Assembly: GCA_031362565.1 (NCBI GenBank)
Contig: JANLSU010000004.1
Coordinates: 1 to 15,565 of the forward strand
Length of the DNA stretch: 15,565 nt
Reading direction: 5' to 3'
Source: a bacterium
Lineage (GTDB): Bacteria > Krumholzibacteriota > Krumholzibacteriia > G020349025
Within the stretch, counting starts at the first letter, position 1. Every line of letters starts with the position of its first letter. Shown piece by piece: positions 1 to 8,526 of this stretch. A program made the translations under genes and the position numbers. The notes beneath the pieces are model-generated. The model saw nothing but the letters and a program-made list of their open reading frames with translations. It ran no database searches and was not told where the DNA came from.

Positions 1-1
1 C

Positions 2-751
2 GCGGCCTGACCGGCGGCGGGCGCGCGCCCGGGGCAAGGGCGTGATGAGGACGACCGCATGCCACGGCACGAGGCCGAGCGCCTTGCCGTCTTCGTCGAC
101 GTTTTCATCGTCTTCCTGCAACTGCATGCCGAGCGCGTGACGCGCGACGTCGGCGACGTGCAAATAGTCGAATTGCGACGCCCGCATGCCACGGTATTCG
201 GTGAGCGACACGTGCTGGTGATCGTGCCGGTAGTAGGGGTCGAGCGTGCAGGGTTCGACCCGGTGCCGTTTCAAGATCTCGGTGACGGTCTTGCGGCCCG
301 ACGTGAAGACGACGAGTTCCTTGTGGCTGCCCATGAACACTTCGACCTGCGGCTCCGGCGCGAAAGCGCCGATGCCTAAGTTGCCGTCCTCGCTGAACGC
401 AGTTTGGTAGGCCTTGAAGATTTCAAGGAACTCGTCTTTGCCGACGACGTCGCTCACATACTCGTCCCAGCGCGAGTAGACGTCAGCGGACGCGCGCTCG
501 AGCGACACGTGGACGTCCTCGGGCAAGAGCGCGCAGAGGTCGAGGAACAGCGGCACCAATTTTTCGGCGCTCACCAGGATTTCGATGCGGTAGCGCTCGC
601 CGCCCGCATCCTCGTCGCCTTCGGGGGTCTGGTACTCGGTTTCGTAGCCCTCGTGCTGCTCGAAGGCCTCGTCGGGAAACGACCCATACGGATAGAGGAA
701 ATCCCCCACCTTTTTGCGGACGAGCGGCATCATTTCATGCGCTTCGGACAC
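2..751 (-). CDS. Hypothetical acidic protein, 3' end beyond the left edge of the window (not in the ORF track)
   Basis: My translation from GTG at 751 is open to the edge (250 codons): MSEAHEMMPLVRKKVGDFLYPYGSFPDEAFEQHEGYETEYQ...YRIEILVSAEKLVPLFLDLCALLPEDVHVSLERAS...FSEDGNLGIGAFAPEPQVEVFMGSHKELVVFT... GGGAG SD lies ~5-6 nt upstream, third codon positions are mostly G/C, and it starts 34 nt after the upstream gene's stop. Confidence 0.88.
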   Translation of the reverse strand, partial: MSEAHEMMPLVRKKVGDFLYPYGSFPDEAFEQHEGYETEYQTPEGDEDAGGERYRIEILVSAEKLVPLFLDLCALLPEDVHVSLERASADVYSRWDEYVSDVVGKDEFLEIFKAYQTAFSEDGNLGIGAFAPEPQVEVFMGSHKELVVFTSGRKTVTEILKRHRVEPCTLDPYYRHDHQHVSLTEYRGMRASQFDYLHVADVARHALGMQLQEDDENVDEDGKALGLVPWHAVVLITPLPRARARRRSGR

Positions 752-785
752 GCTTTCTCCCTAGGGTCGCCCAACAAGGCCGATT

Positions 786-2282
786 TCAATAGGCGTTGTG
801 CCGCGACAGAACCGATCGCAAGGTCATCGCCAGAATCTTGAGATCGAGGCCCAGCGACCAGTTCTCCACGTAAAAAATGTCATAGCGGGTGCGTTCCTCG
901 AGCGGCGTATCGCCCCGGAGGCCGTTCACCTGCGCCCAGCCGGTGATGCCGGAGCGCACTTTGTGGCGCTCGAAGTACCGCGGCACACTGCTGCGGAATT
1001 CTTGCACAAAAATCGGCCGTTCGGGGCGTGGACCCACCAAGCTCATCTCGCCGCGCACCGCGTTCAACAGTTGCGGCAACTCGTCCAAGCTCCAGCGCCG
1101 CAGCCATGACCCGACACTGGTGCGGCGCGGATCGTGTTCGCTCGCCCACACGGGCCCCGTCAAGCGTTCCGCGTCCTGGCGCATGGTGCGGAACTTCAGG
1201 ATCTCGAACAGGCGTCCATCGCGGCCCACCCGCTGTTGCCGGTAGAGGACCGGGCCCGGCGACGTGATGCGCACCGCCACAGCAACCACGAAAAGCACGG
1301 GTGCGAACAGCACCACGAGCGCACTTGCCACCACGATGTCGAAGGTGCGCTTCGCGATCCGGTCGAAGCCGTGCAACGCCACCTGGCGAAGTTCGAGGAA
1401 CGGCAAACCTTCGATCTCGCGGACCCGGAGCGACGACGTGAACATCTCTTCCAAATCCGGCACGAAGCAGACGCGGATCTGGTGGTCGGCGAGTGCATCG
1501 ATGACCGGCATGACACGGCTCACCTCGCGAAACGGCAACGTCACCAGGACAACGTCGATCGCATGGCGTTCGACGAGATCCTGTAGTTCGGTCGCCGCGC
1601 CTAGAACGGGCAACTCACCCGGGGTATCGCCTTCGGCGAGCACCTCGCCCACCAGTGTCGAGCCAAGCCCCGGCCGGCCGCGCAAGACTTCCACGACGCG
1701 CGCCTGCGACGGGCCACGCCCGAGCACCGCGACACGCTCGACGCCGACACCCTTCTCGCGTGCCACCAGATGCAAGTAACGCGCAAAGACGCGCCCCCCG
1801 AGCAAAAATGTCCCGCTCGCACCGGCAAGGCCCAGAAGAAAGCTGCGCGAGAACGAGTAGCTCCGGTAGAAGAACGCCGCGGCCGCGAGCAGAAGGGTCG
1901 CTTCGACGACACAACGTACGAGCCCGCCCAAGTCATCGGCCAAACGGCGCCGGCGCCGCAGATCGTACATGCCGTGCACATACAAGAGCGCCACGAAGAT
2001 ACACACCGCACCCAGCGACCCCACCAGATACACCCTCAGATCGGGGATGCCCTTGGGCGTTGCGAACCAGCCCGAAAGGAATCGCAGCCAATAGACCGAG
2101 AGGAAAGCGCATTCGAGCACCAAAATATCGGCGACGAGCAGGATCGTCGGCAACACGAGCGGCGTGCTGCGAAGCCGCATCGACGTCGGCATCGGCAGCG
2201 GCGCCGAACCCCGCGGCACGCCGCCCATCGTTCCAGCCGCGCGGCGGGACGTGGTGCTCTTCGCTGCATGGCGCCCGGTCAT
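786..2282 (-). CDS. wcaJ: Undecaprenyl-phosphate glucose phosphotransferase (WcaJ/WbaP-type priming glycosyltransferase)
   Basis: Four N-terminal TM helices, a CoA-binding-like domain (VAVLGRG), and a bacterial sugar transferase domain (KRTFDI, KFRTM, RRWSLDELPQLLN, GEMSLVGPRPE, SGITGWAQVNGLRG, YVENWSLGLDLKI). ATG at 2282 overlaps the rmlD stop (ATGA) with GGAG 8 nt upstream; ATGs at 2192 and 2180 are alternatives. Sugar specificity is not certain. Confidence 0.88.
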   Translation of the reverse strand: MTGRHAAKSTTSRRAAGTMGGVPRGSAPLPMPTSMRLRSTPLVLPTILLVADILVLECAFLSVYWLRFLSGWFATPKGIPDLRVYLVGSLGAVCIFVALLYVHGMYDLRRRRRLADDLGGLVRCVVEATLLLAAAAFFYRSYSFSRSFLLGLAGASGTFLLGGRVFARYLHLVAREKGVGVERVAVLGRGPSQARVVEVLRGRPGLGSTLVGEVLAEGDTPGELPVLGAATELQDLVERHAIDVVLVTLPFREVSRVMPVIDALADHQIRVCFVPDLEEMFTSSLRVREIEGLPFLELRQVALHGFDRIAKRTFDIVVASALVVLFAPVLFVVAVAVRITSPGPVLYRQQRVGRDGRLFEILKFRTMRQDAERLTGPVWASEHDPRRTSVGSWLRRWSLDELPQLLNAVRGEMSLVGPRPERPIFVQEFRSSVPRYFERHKVRSGITGWAQVNGLRGDTPLEERTRYDIFYVENWSLGLDLKILAMTLRSVLSRHNAY

Positions 2283-3175
2283 GTGACGGGCTCCGCTTGC
2301 AGCAAGGTGAGGTAGTCCTGCACGGCGTCCTGCCACGAACGCAAATCGGCAAGGCCTTGGGCGCGATAAAACCGCGGTTCTAGAACCGAATTGCGGGGCC
2401 GTCGCGCCGGGCGCGGAAATTCGGCCGTGCTGCACGGCACGACCCGGCAGTTCGACCCGAGGCGCGCCGCGATCGCGGTCGCGAACTCGAACCACGAGCA
2501 CGTGCCGGTATTCGTGACGTGATAAAGACCGAAGCGGCCGCCCGTGACTACGGCCAGCAAGGCGGCCGCCAGATCGGGCGTGTAGGTCGGTGAACCGCGT
2601 TGATCATCGACGACCCGCAGTTCTTGCCGTTCGCCGAGCAACGCCGCGATCGTTTTCACGAAGTTCCGGCCTCCGGGGCCGAAGACCCAGCTTGTGCGGA
2701 CAATCCAGGCTCGCGGCGCCAGGGCGCGCACGTGCTCTTCCGCGGCCCACTTCGTTTGGCCGTACACGCCGAGTGGCCCGCTCGGATCGTCCTCGACGTA
2801 GGGCGCCGGCTTTTCGCCGTCGAAGACATAGTCGGTGCTCAAATGACACAAGGCACTTCCCGCCCGGGCCGCGGCGCGCGCCACGTTGGCGGTGGCGGTG
2901 GCATTGTCGCGCCAGGCACGCTCGGGATCGCCTTCACACCCGTCGACATCGGTCCAGGCGGCGCAGTGCACGATGGCCTGCGGGGCGCGCTCCACGATCC
3001 AACGTTCGGTCGCATCCGCGTCGGCCAAATCGTTGTCGGCGCGCGTGTGGGGCACCACATCATGCGTCGCCGCAAAGCGCGCCACAACGGCGCGGCCCAG
3101 CATTCCCGCCGCCCCCGTCACCACGACGCGCGGCCGGAGACCTGGCAGAGGGTCCTCAGAAGAGTTGAATCTCAC
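2279..3175 (-). CDS. rmlD: dTDP-4-dehydrorhamnose reductase; start uncertain (GTG 3175 or CTG 3148)
   Basis: VVVTGAAGMLG Rossmann motif, HCAAWTDVDGCE, HLSTDYVFDG, YGQTK (YxxxK), VRTSWVFG, VVDDQRGSPT, A(R)RP(R)NSVL. The first ~240 aa of the 2279..3889 track ORF are an off-frame shadow of rmlA. Confidence 0.93.
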   Translation of the reverse strand: MRFNSSEDPLPGLRPRVVVTGAAGMLGRAVVARFAATHDVVPHTRADNDLADADATERWIVERAPQAIVHCAAWTDVDGCEGDPERAWRDNATATANVARAAARAGSALCHLSTDYVFDGEKPAPYVEDDPSGPLGVYGQTKWAAEEHVRALAPRAWIVRTSWVFGPGGRNFVKTIAALLGERQELRVVDDQRGSPTYTPDLAAALLAVVTGGRFGLYHVTNTGTCSWFEFATAIAARLGSNCRVVPCSTAEFPRPARRPRNSVLEPRFYRAQGLADLRSWQDAVQDYLTLLQAEPVT

Positions 3176-4223
3176 TATTGTCGCCCACCATGAACTTGTA
3201 CGCCTTCGGACGTCCGTCACCGCGCGCAATGTGCACGTTGCGTCCAAGCAGGCTGCTCTCGATGCGCGACCCAACGCCGGAGATGGTCGAAGCCTCGAGC
3301 ACGATACTGTGCTCGATCTCGCTGTCCTCGATCCGGCATTGCGGACCGATCGACGTGAAGGGTCCGACATAGCTCGAACGGACGATCGTCCCTGCACCGA
3401 TAACGAGCGGGCCGCGCAGCACGCTCGCCTCGACCCGCGCCCCGGCCTCCACCACGACGTTGCCTTCGATGGCGCTCGCCGCATCGACGGCCCCTTCGAC
3501 CCGCCGCGCCAAGCTCGACAGCACCATGCGATTGGCTTCCAGCATGTCCTCGAGTTTCCCGGTGTCCTTCCACCAGCCACGGATGACGAGCGAATGCACG
3601 CTCTTGCCGTGGTCGATGAGGTACTGGATGGCGTCGGTGATTTCGAGTTCGCCTCTGGCGCTCGGCCGGATGCCGTTGACGGCCTCGAAGACGATGGGAT
3701 TGAACATATAGACGCTGACCAGCGCCAGATCGCTCTTGGGATTCGCCGGTTTCTCTTCGAGGCGCACGACGCGGCCGTCCGAGTCGAGCTCGGCAACGCC
3801 GAACGAACTGGGATTCGGCACGTGCGCCAGCAGGATCTGCGCGTCGGCCGTGCCGCGCTTGAAGTCGCGGACCAAGTCGGTAATGCCATCCAGAATCAGG
3901 TTGTCGCCCAGGTACATGACGAACGGCGAGGTCCCGAGAAAGCCTTGCGAAATCTGCACTGCATGCGCCAGACCGAGCGGCTGTTCCTGTTGGATGTAAG
4001 TGACCCGCAGACCGAAACGGCTGCCGTCGCCGACCGCGTCACGGATTTCGCGGTGCGTGTCCCCGACCACGATGCCGACGTCTTGGATGCCGGCGGCATG
4101 CATCGCTTCGAGCCCGAAAAAGAGAATCGGTTTGTTGGCCACCGGCACGAGCTGTTTAGCACTCGTGTGCGTGATGGGCCGCAATCGCGTCCCTTTACCG
4201 CCGCTCAGGATCAGTGCTTTGAT
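3156..4223 (-). CDS. rmlA: Glucose-1-phosphate thymidylyltransferase, long form with C-terminal hexapeptide region; apparent ATC start
   Basis: The frame reads (I)KALILSGGKGTRLRPITHTSAKQLVPVANKP from ATC at 4223, giving 355 aa. Motifs QEQPLGLAHA, MYLGDN, EEKP, SARGELEITDA, WWKDTG, YVGPFTSIG, GDNS. The track's TTG start at 4184 would cut the GGxGTRL loop. Confidence 0.93.
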   Translation of the reverse strand: MKALILSGGKGTRLRPITHTSAKQLVPVANKPILFFGLEAMHAAGIQDVGIVVGDTHREIRDAVGDGSRFGLRVTYIQQEQPLGLAHAVQISQGFLGTSPFVMYLGDNLILDGITDLVRDFKRGTADAQILLAHVPNPSSFGVAELDSDGRVVRLEEKPANPKSDLALVSVYMFNPIVFEAVNGIRPSARGELEITDAIQYLIDHGKSVHSLVIRGWWKDTGKLEDMLEANRMVLSSLARRVEGAVDAASAIEGNVVVEAGARVEASVLRGPLVIGAGTIVRSSYVGPFTSIGPQCRIEDSEIEHSIVLEASTISGVGSRIESSLLGRNVHIARGDGRPKAYKFMVGDNSEIQLF

Positions 4224-4242
4224 GGCCGGGCCCCCTTTACGG

Positions 4243-5823
4243 TCAGCGTCTCAACGCCACGACGGAAATGATGAGCGCCGACAGATTGGCGACCAAGCCG
4301 AGCGCTCCCGACGCCTTGCCGGTGAAACTGCGGTCCAGAAAAATGGTCTCACCGCGCTGCACTGCGGAACGGCGGCTCCCGTCGCGCTTCTTGCCGCCGG
4401 CCCCAAGCAGCACGACATGATCGAGTGAACCGCCGGCCGTTGGGCCGCCCGCTTCGCCGACGTAGTCATTCACGGTCCAATCGCCGCGATACGCGTAGCG
4501 GCCCGGGCGCATGACGAAACCGCTCACATAGATGTACTCCTTGACCGGCGGCACCGACAACACGTCGCCATCCTGCAACGCGACACTTTGTTCGCCGCGC
4601 AACACCCGGCCGATGTCGATCGAACGGCGCTCCGACTCGCCCTTGGCATTGCGGCTCGTAAATTGGGCGTTTTGAACGTCGGCTTCCGGCCCCATGGTCG
4701 CCGAGCGCCGCACGTGGTCGGCGAGCGACTCGTTGGGCGCGATGAACAGCACCGTTTCGACACCGTCGGGGCCGATCACGAAGACGCGCGCCCGTCCGAG
4801 CTGGGTCGAGAGTACCGTGACCCGCGTGGCGTTGTCGGTGTTGGGTGCGTCGCGCGCCACATCGTACGTTTCGACGCGGACTGCGCCCGTCGAATCGGTG
4901 CGCTCGACGCTGACCCGCGACAGGTCGGCGGTCGTGAGGGGGCCGCCGGCGAGCGCCAAGAAATCGCTCAACAGTTCCCCCGGCCGTGACTCGTAGGCAC
5001 CGGGGGACGCCACCTCACCACTGACGTCGACGCTATGAGTCCGCGCCGGCACGTGGACGATTTGGCCATCGGAGACACGCGGGTTGGCGCGCGCGTCGCC
5101 GCGCACCAGAAATGCATCCAGATCGACGCGATCGAGCACGACACCCTGCGCGTCGCAGAGTTCCACCGCGCGCCGCGAGGCGCGGTCGGTCAGCCCACCG
5201 GCGCGATCGAGAACATCGGCGACGCGCTCGTAGGCGCGCGCCGCAACCGCGCCCGGATCGCGGACTTCACCCGTGACCCAGACTCGGAACTGCCGCGGCC
5301 GGGTCAAATAGCAGTACAACTCGAAGCCGCGGTAGCGTTTCGAGACCGCGGTGTTGAGCGCAGCACGAAACTCCGTCAGCGTTCGCCCTGCGGCCGGCAC
5401 CGAACCGACATTCGGCACCATGACGACGCCTTCGGGCAGCACCGGCAACTGTTCGGTGCGCGTCTCCCCCACCACCAGCACGAAGCCCAGGAGATCGCCC
5501 GGTCCAAGACGGTATTGATCGGGGTCGATCGTCGCGTCCTGCAACTCCGGGCTGATGAAGCGCGCCCGGGCCCGCGTTTCGAGATCCTCTTGAATGATGG
5601 GCGCAATAGGGTTCGTACTTCCCGCCGCACCGCTCGCCTGGGCGGGACTGGTAATGCCGGCCGGTACGGACGGCCGCGCCGGAGTACGCCGCGTCGCGGC
5701 CTCGGTGCGCGTCGTACCGGCCGCGATGACGCCCGCCACCATCCCCACGGCGATCATTCGTCGCGCCATCCACGCCGCCGACGCGCGTCCTTGGAACCGT
5801 CCCAACGGCCTTCCCTTCGTCAT
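4243..5823 (-). CDS. SLBB-domain polysaccharide export protein (Wza/KpsD-like)
   Basis: Signal-peptide-like N-terminus, poly_export motif YRLGPGDLL...EGVVMVPNVG, repeated SLBB motifs (VWVTGEVRDPG, VSGEVASPGAY, IYVSGFVMRPGRY, LQDGDVLSVP, xAGG), and a hydrophobic C-terminal helix. ATG 5823 overlaps the alaS stop (ATGA); ATG 5769 is an alternative. Confidence 0.85.
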   Translation of the reverse strand: MTKGRPLGRFQGRASAAWMARRMIAVGMVAGVIAAGTTRTEAATRRTPARPSVPAGITSPAQASGAAGSTNPIAPIIQEDLETRARARFISPELQDATIDPDQYRLGPGDLLGFVLVVGETRTEQLPVLPEGVVMVPNVGSVPAAGRTLTEFRAALNTAVSKRYRGFELYCYLTRPRQFRVWVTGEVRDPGAVAARAYERVADVLDRAGGLTDRASRRAVELCDAQGVVLDRVDLDAFLVRGDARANPRVSDGQIVHVPARTHSVDVSGEVASPGAYESRPGELLSDFLALAGGPLTTADLSRVSVERTDSTGAVRVETYDVARDAPNTDNATRVTVLSTQLGRARVFVIGPDGVETVLFIAPNESLADHVRRSATMGPEADVQNAQFTSRNAKGESERRSIDIGRVLRGEQSVALQDGDVLSVPPVKEYIYVSGFVMRPGRYAYRGDWTVNDYVGEAGGPTAGGSLDHVVLLGAGGKKRDGSRRSAVQRGETIFLDRSFTGKASGALGLVANLSALIISVVALRR

Positions 5824-8522
5824 GACAGGAGCGCCCGCACGGCGGGCACCACGTCGTCGAGCGCATCTTGCCAGCGCGCTTTGTCGCGGCCGCCGGCCTG
5901 GGCCAGATTCGGTTTGCCGCCGCCACCACCACCGGTGATCTTGGCAACACGGTTCACCAGATCGCCGGCCCGCAGGCCGCGCTTCACCAAGTCGTCGGTC
6001 ACCATGGCAAGGAAAACGATCTTGTCGTCGTCTTCCGTCGACAAGACGGCGACACCGGTCTTCATTTCGCGACGCAAGGTGTCGGCGAGTTCGCGCAGCG
6101 CGTCGACGCCCGCGACCTCGACCCGCGCTGCCAGCACCCGCGCGCCGGCGACTTCGGTGGCTTGCCGCAACAGATCCTCGGAAAGCCCACCCGCCATCTT
6201 GGATTGCAGTGCTGCAATCTCGCGTTTCAGGCGTTTGTTCTCTTCGAGAAGTTCGGTGCTCTTGCGCACTGCGTCCTGGCCGGGGCCTAAGCCTAAGACC
6301 CGCGCCAGTTCCTGGGCGCGCTGCCGCAACACGGCCGCATGCTGTTCGGCGCGGCGGCCGGTGATCGCCTCGATGCGACGCACGCCGGACGCGACGCTGC
6401 CTTCTTGGGTGATCATGAACCCGCCGATGTCGCCCGTCCGCCGCACGTGCGTGCCGCCGCAAAGCTCCATTGAATAGTCGCCCACCGACACGACCCGCAC
6501 TCGCGCATCGTATTTCTCGCCGAAGAGCGCCATGGCGCCGCTCTTGACCGCTGTCTCGTAGTCTTCGACCACCGTCCGGACTTCGAGATTGCGCAGCACG
6601 AGATCGTTGATGGAGGTCTCAAGATGGCGGATTTCCTCGGGTTCGAGCCCCTTGAAATGGTTGAAGTCGAACCGCAGCCGGTCGGGCGCCACAAGCGACC
6701 CGGCTTGCACGACGTGCGGGCCGACGATCTTCTTGAGCGCGGCATGCAAGAGATGCGTCGCGGTGTGATTGCGCGCCGTATCGGCACGCACTTCGTCCTC
6801 GACCGTCGCCAGCACCTGCAGGCCGGCGCGTTCGCGGAGCGCCGCCACCAGGTCGTCCCAGGTGTGGAGTTCCGAGGGGTGCTGCAAGAGCACACCCGTG
6901 TGCACGATGTTGCCGCGTTCCTTGCGCACATCGGTGACGCGCCAGATCAAATCGGCGTTCGAGATGAGACCCTGGTCGGCGACTTGTCCGCCCGAGGTCG
7001 CGTAGAAGGGCGTGCGGTCGAGAACGAGCTCGAAGGTTTCGCCGCCCAGCGCCAGATCGGGGTTGCGGTCGGCCTCGCTGGCGTGACCCTGCAACCAGCG
7101 CACGACTTGCAACGTGTTCTCGGCGCGCGTCCGCTCGTAGCCCTGAAATTCGCTTTCGCCGGGCGTTGCGAGGACGAGTTCGGGCGCGGCGCCGGCGGTG
7201 TTCTGCTTGAACGCCGCACCGGCGCGAGCCCGTTGCCGCTGTTCCTGCATCGCGGTGCGGAAGCCGTCCATGTCGACGGTCACCCCGCGGTCGCCGGCCA
7301 TTTCGGCCGTCAGTTCCGGTGGGAATCCGTAGGTGTCGTAGAGCGTGAAGATCTCGCGCCCCGCGAGCGTGTGCCCCGGGCCGCCAGCGGTCGCGAGCGC
7401 CGTTTCGAAACGCGCCATGCCGGAGTCGAGCGTCGCCAGAAAACGCTGCTCTTCAGCTTCGATGAGCGACGCGACGCGCGGCGCGCCCGTCGCGAGCTCG
7501 GTGTAGTACGTCCCCATGACGTCGACGACCGGTTCGACGAGCCGGTACAGGAAGGGCTCGCGCACTCCCAAGCCGCGCAACTTGCCCGAGGCGCGGCGCA
7601 AGATGCGGCGCAACACATAGCCGCGACCCTCGTTCGACGGATAGATGCCTTCCGACAGCGTGAACACCAGGGCCCGCACATGGTCGGCGACGGCATTCAT
7701 CGCCAGGCGCGTTGTCGTATCGCGTTCGTACTCGACGCCGGACAATTCCTGCAGGCGCGCCACGACCGGCCGGAACAAGTCGCTGTGGAAATTGTCGCGC
7801 GCCCCTTGGGCGATGAACGACGTGCGCTCCAAGCCCATGCCGGTATCGATGCCGGGGTGGGCGAGCGGCACCAGCGTACCGTCCTTCTGTTGGTCGAACT
7901 GCGGGAACACCAGGTTCCAGAATTCGATGTACCGGTCGCAATCACAACCGACGGCGCAATCGGCTTTGCCGCAGCCGTTGGCGGCGCCGGTGTCGAAGTA
8001 CAACTCGGAACTCGGGCCGCAGGCGCCGGTTTCGCCTGCCGGCCCCCAGAAGTTGTCCTTCTTGCCGAGCCGCACGATGCGTGCCGCCGGCACGCCGGCG
8101 ATCTTCTGCCAGAGTTCCGACGCGTCTTCGTCCTGTTCGTAGACCGAGATCCAGACGCGCTCGCGGTCGAGATCGAGAACCTTGGTGGTGAATTCCCAGG
8201 CCCACTCGATGGCGTCGGTCTTGAAGTAATCGCCGAAGCTGAAATTGCCCAGCATCTCGAAGAACGTGTGGTGCCGGAGCGTGCGCCCGACGGCTTCCAG
8301 ATCATTGACCCGCAGACACTTCTGTACCGTGGTGGCGCGCTTGAACGGCAACTGCTCGGGCGGCATGGAGTAGTACGGCTTGAACTGCACCATGCCGGCG
8401 ACAGTGAACAACAAACTCGGGTCATCGCGCGGCACGAGCGGCGCGCTCGGGCGCACGGTGTGGCCGCGGGCGGCGAAGAACTTCAGATATTCGGCGCGGA
8501 TCTCGTGGGAGGCTCGGGCCAA
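5820..8522 (-). CDS. alaS: Alanine--tRNA ligase
   Basis: SHEIRAEYLKFF, DPSLLFTVAGMVQFK, HHTFFEMLGNFSFGDYFK, GPCSE-like GPSSE, IDTGMGLER, GRGYVLRRILRR, TPFYATSGGQ, editing motifs NHTATHLLH and ELCGGTH, GVRRIEA, GGGGG..AQAGG. TTG at 8522 has GAGGAG 10 nt upstream (900 aa). Confidence 0.98.
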   Translation of the reverse strand: MARASHEIRAEYLKFFAARGHTVRPSAPLVPRDDPSLLFTVAGMVQFKPYYSMPPEQLPFKRATTVQKCLRVNDLEAVGRTLRHHTFFEMLGNFSFGDYFKTDAIEWAWEFTTKVLDLDRERVWISVYEQDEDASELWQKIAGVPAARIVRLGKKDNFWGPAGETGACGPSSELYFDTGAANGCGKADCAVGCDCDRYIEFWNLVFPQFDQQKDGTLVPLAHPGIDTGMGLERTSFIAQGARDNFHSDLFRPVVARLQELSGVEYERDTTTRLAMNAVADHVRALVFTLSEGIYPSNEGRGYVLRRILRRASGKLRGLGVREPFLYRLVEPVVDVMGTYYTELATGAPRVASLIEAEEQRFLATLDSGMARFETALATAGGPGHTLAGREIFTLYDTYGFPPELTAEMAGDRGVTVDMDGFRTAMQEQRQRARAGAAFKQNTAGAAPELVLATPGESEFQGYERTRAENTLQVVRWLQGHASEADRNPDLALGGETFELVLDRTPFYATSGGQVADQGLISNADLIWRVTDVRKERGNIVHTGVLLQHPSELHTWDDLVAALRERAGLQVLATVEDEVRADTARNHTATHLLHAALKKIVGPHVVQAGSLVAPDRLRFDFNHFKGLEPEEIRHLETSINDLVLRNLEVRTVVEDYETAVKSGAMALFGEKYDARVRVVSVGDYSMELCGGTHVRRTGDIGGFMITQEGSVASGVRRIEAITGRRAEQHAAVLRQRAQELARVLGLGPGQDAVRKSTELLEENKRLKREIAALQSKMAGGLSEDLLRQATEVAGARVLAARVEVAGVDALRELADTLRREMKTGVAVLSTEDDDKIVFLAMVTDDLVKRGLRAGDLVNRVAKITGGGGGGKPNLAQAGGRDKARWQDALDDVVPAVRALLS

Positions 8523-8526
8523 GGCT

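Noticed and set aside
59..841. + strand ORFs 59..379 and 404..841
   Set aside because: Antisense shadows of the minus-strand hypothetical gene, which has the SD and the expected codon bias.
3176..3889. Apparent long N-terminal extension or fusion of RmlD
   Set aside because: Off-frame overlap with rmlA, with Arg/Ser-rich junk composition.
5824..6462. Apparent 213-aa N-terminal extension of the SLBB protein
   Set aside because: Alternative frame inside alaS; the signal peptide lies after 5823.
7935..7980. Cys cluster CGKADCAVGCDC in AlaS
   Set aside because: A common feature of many bacterial AlaS proteins, not novel.
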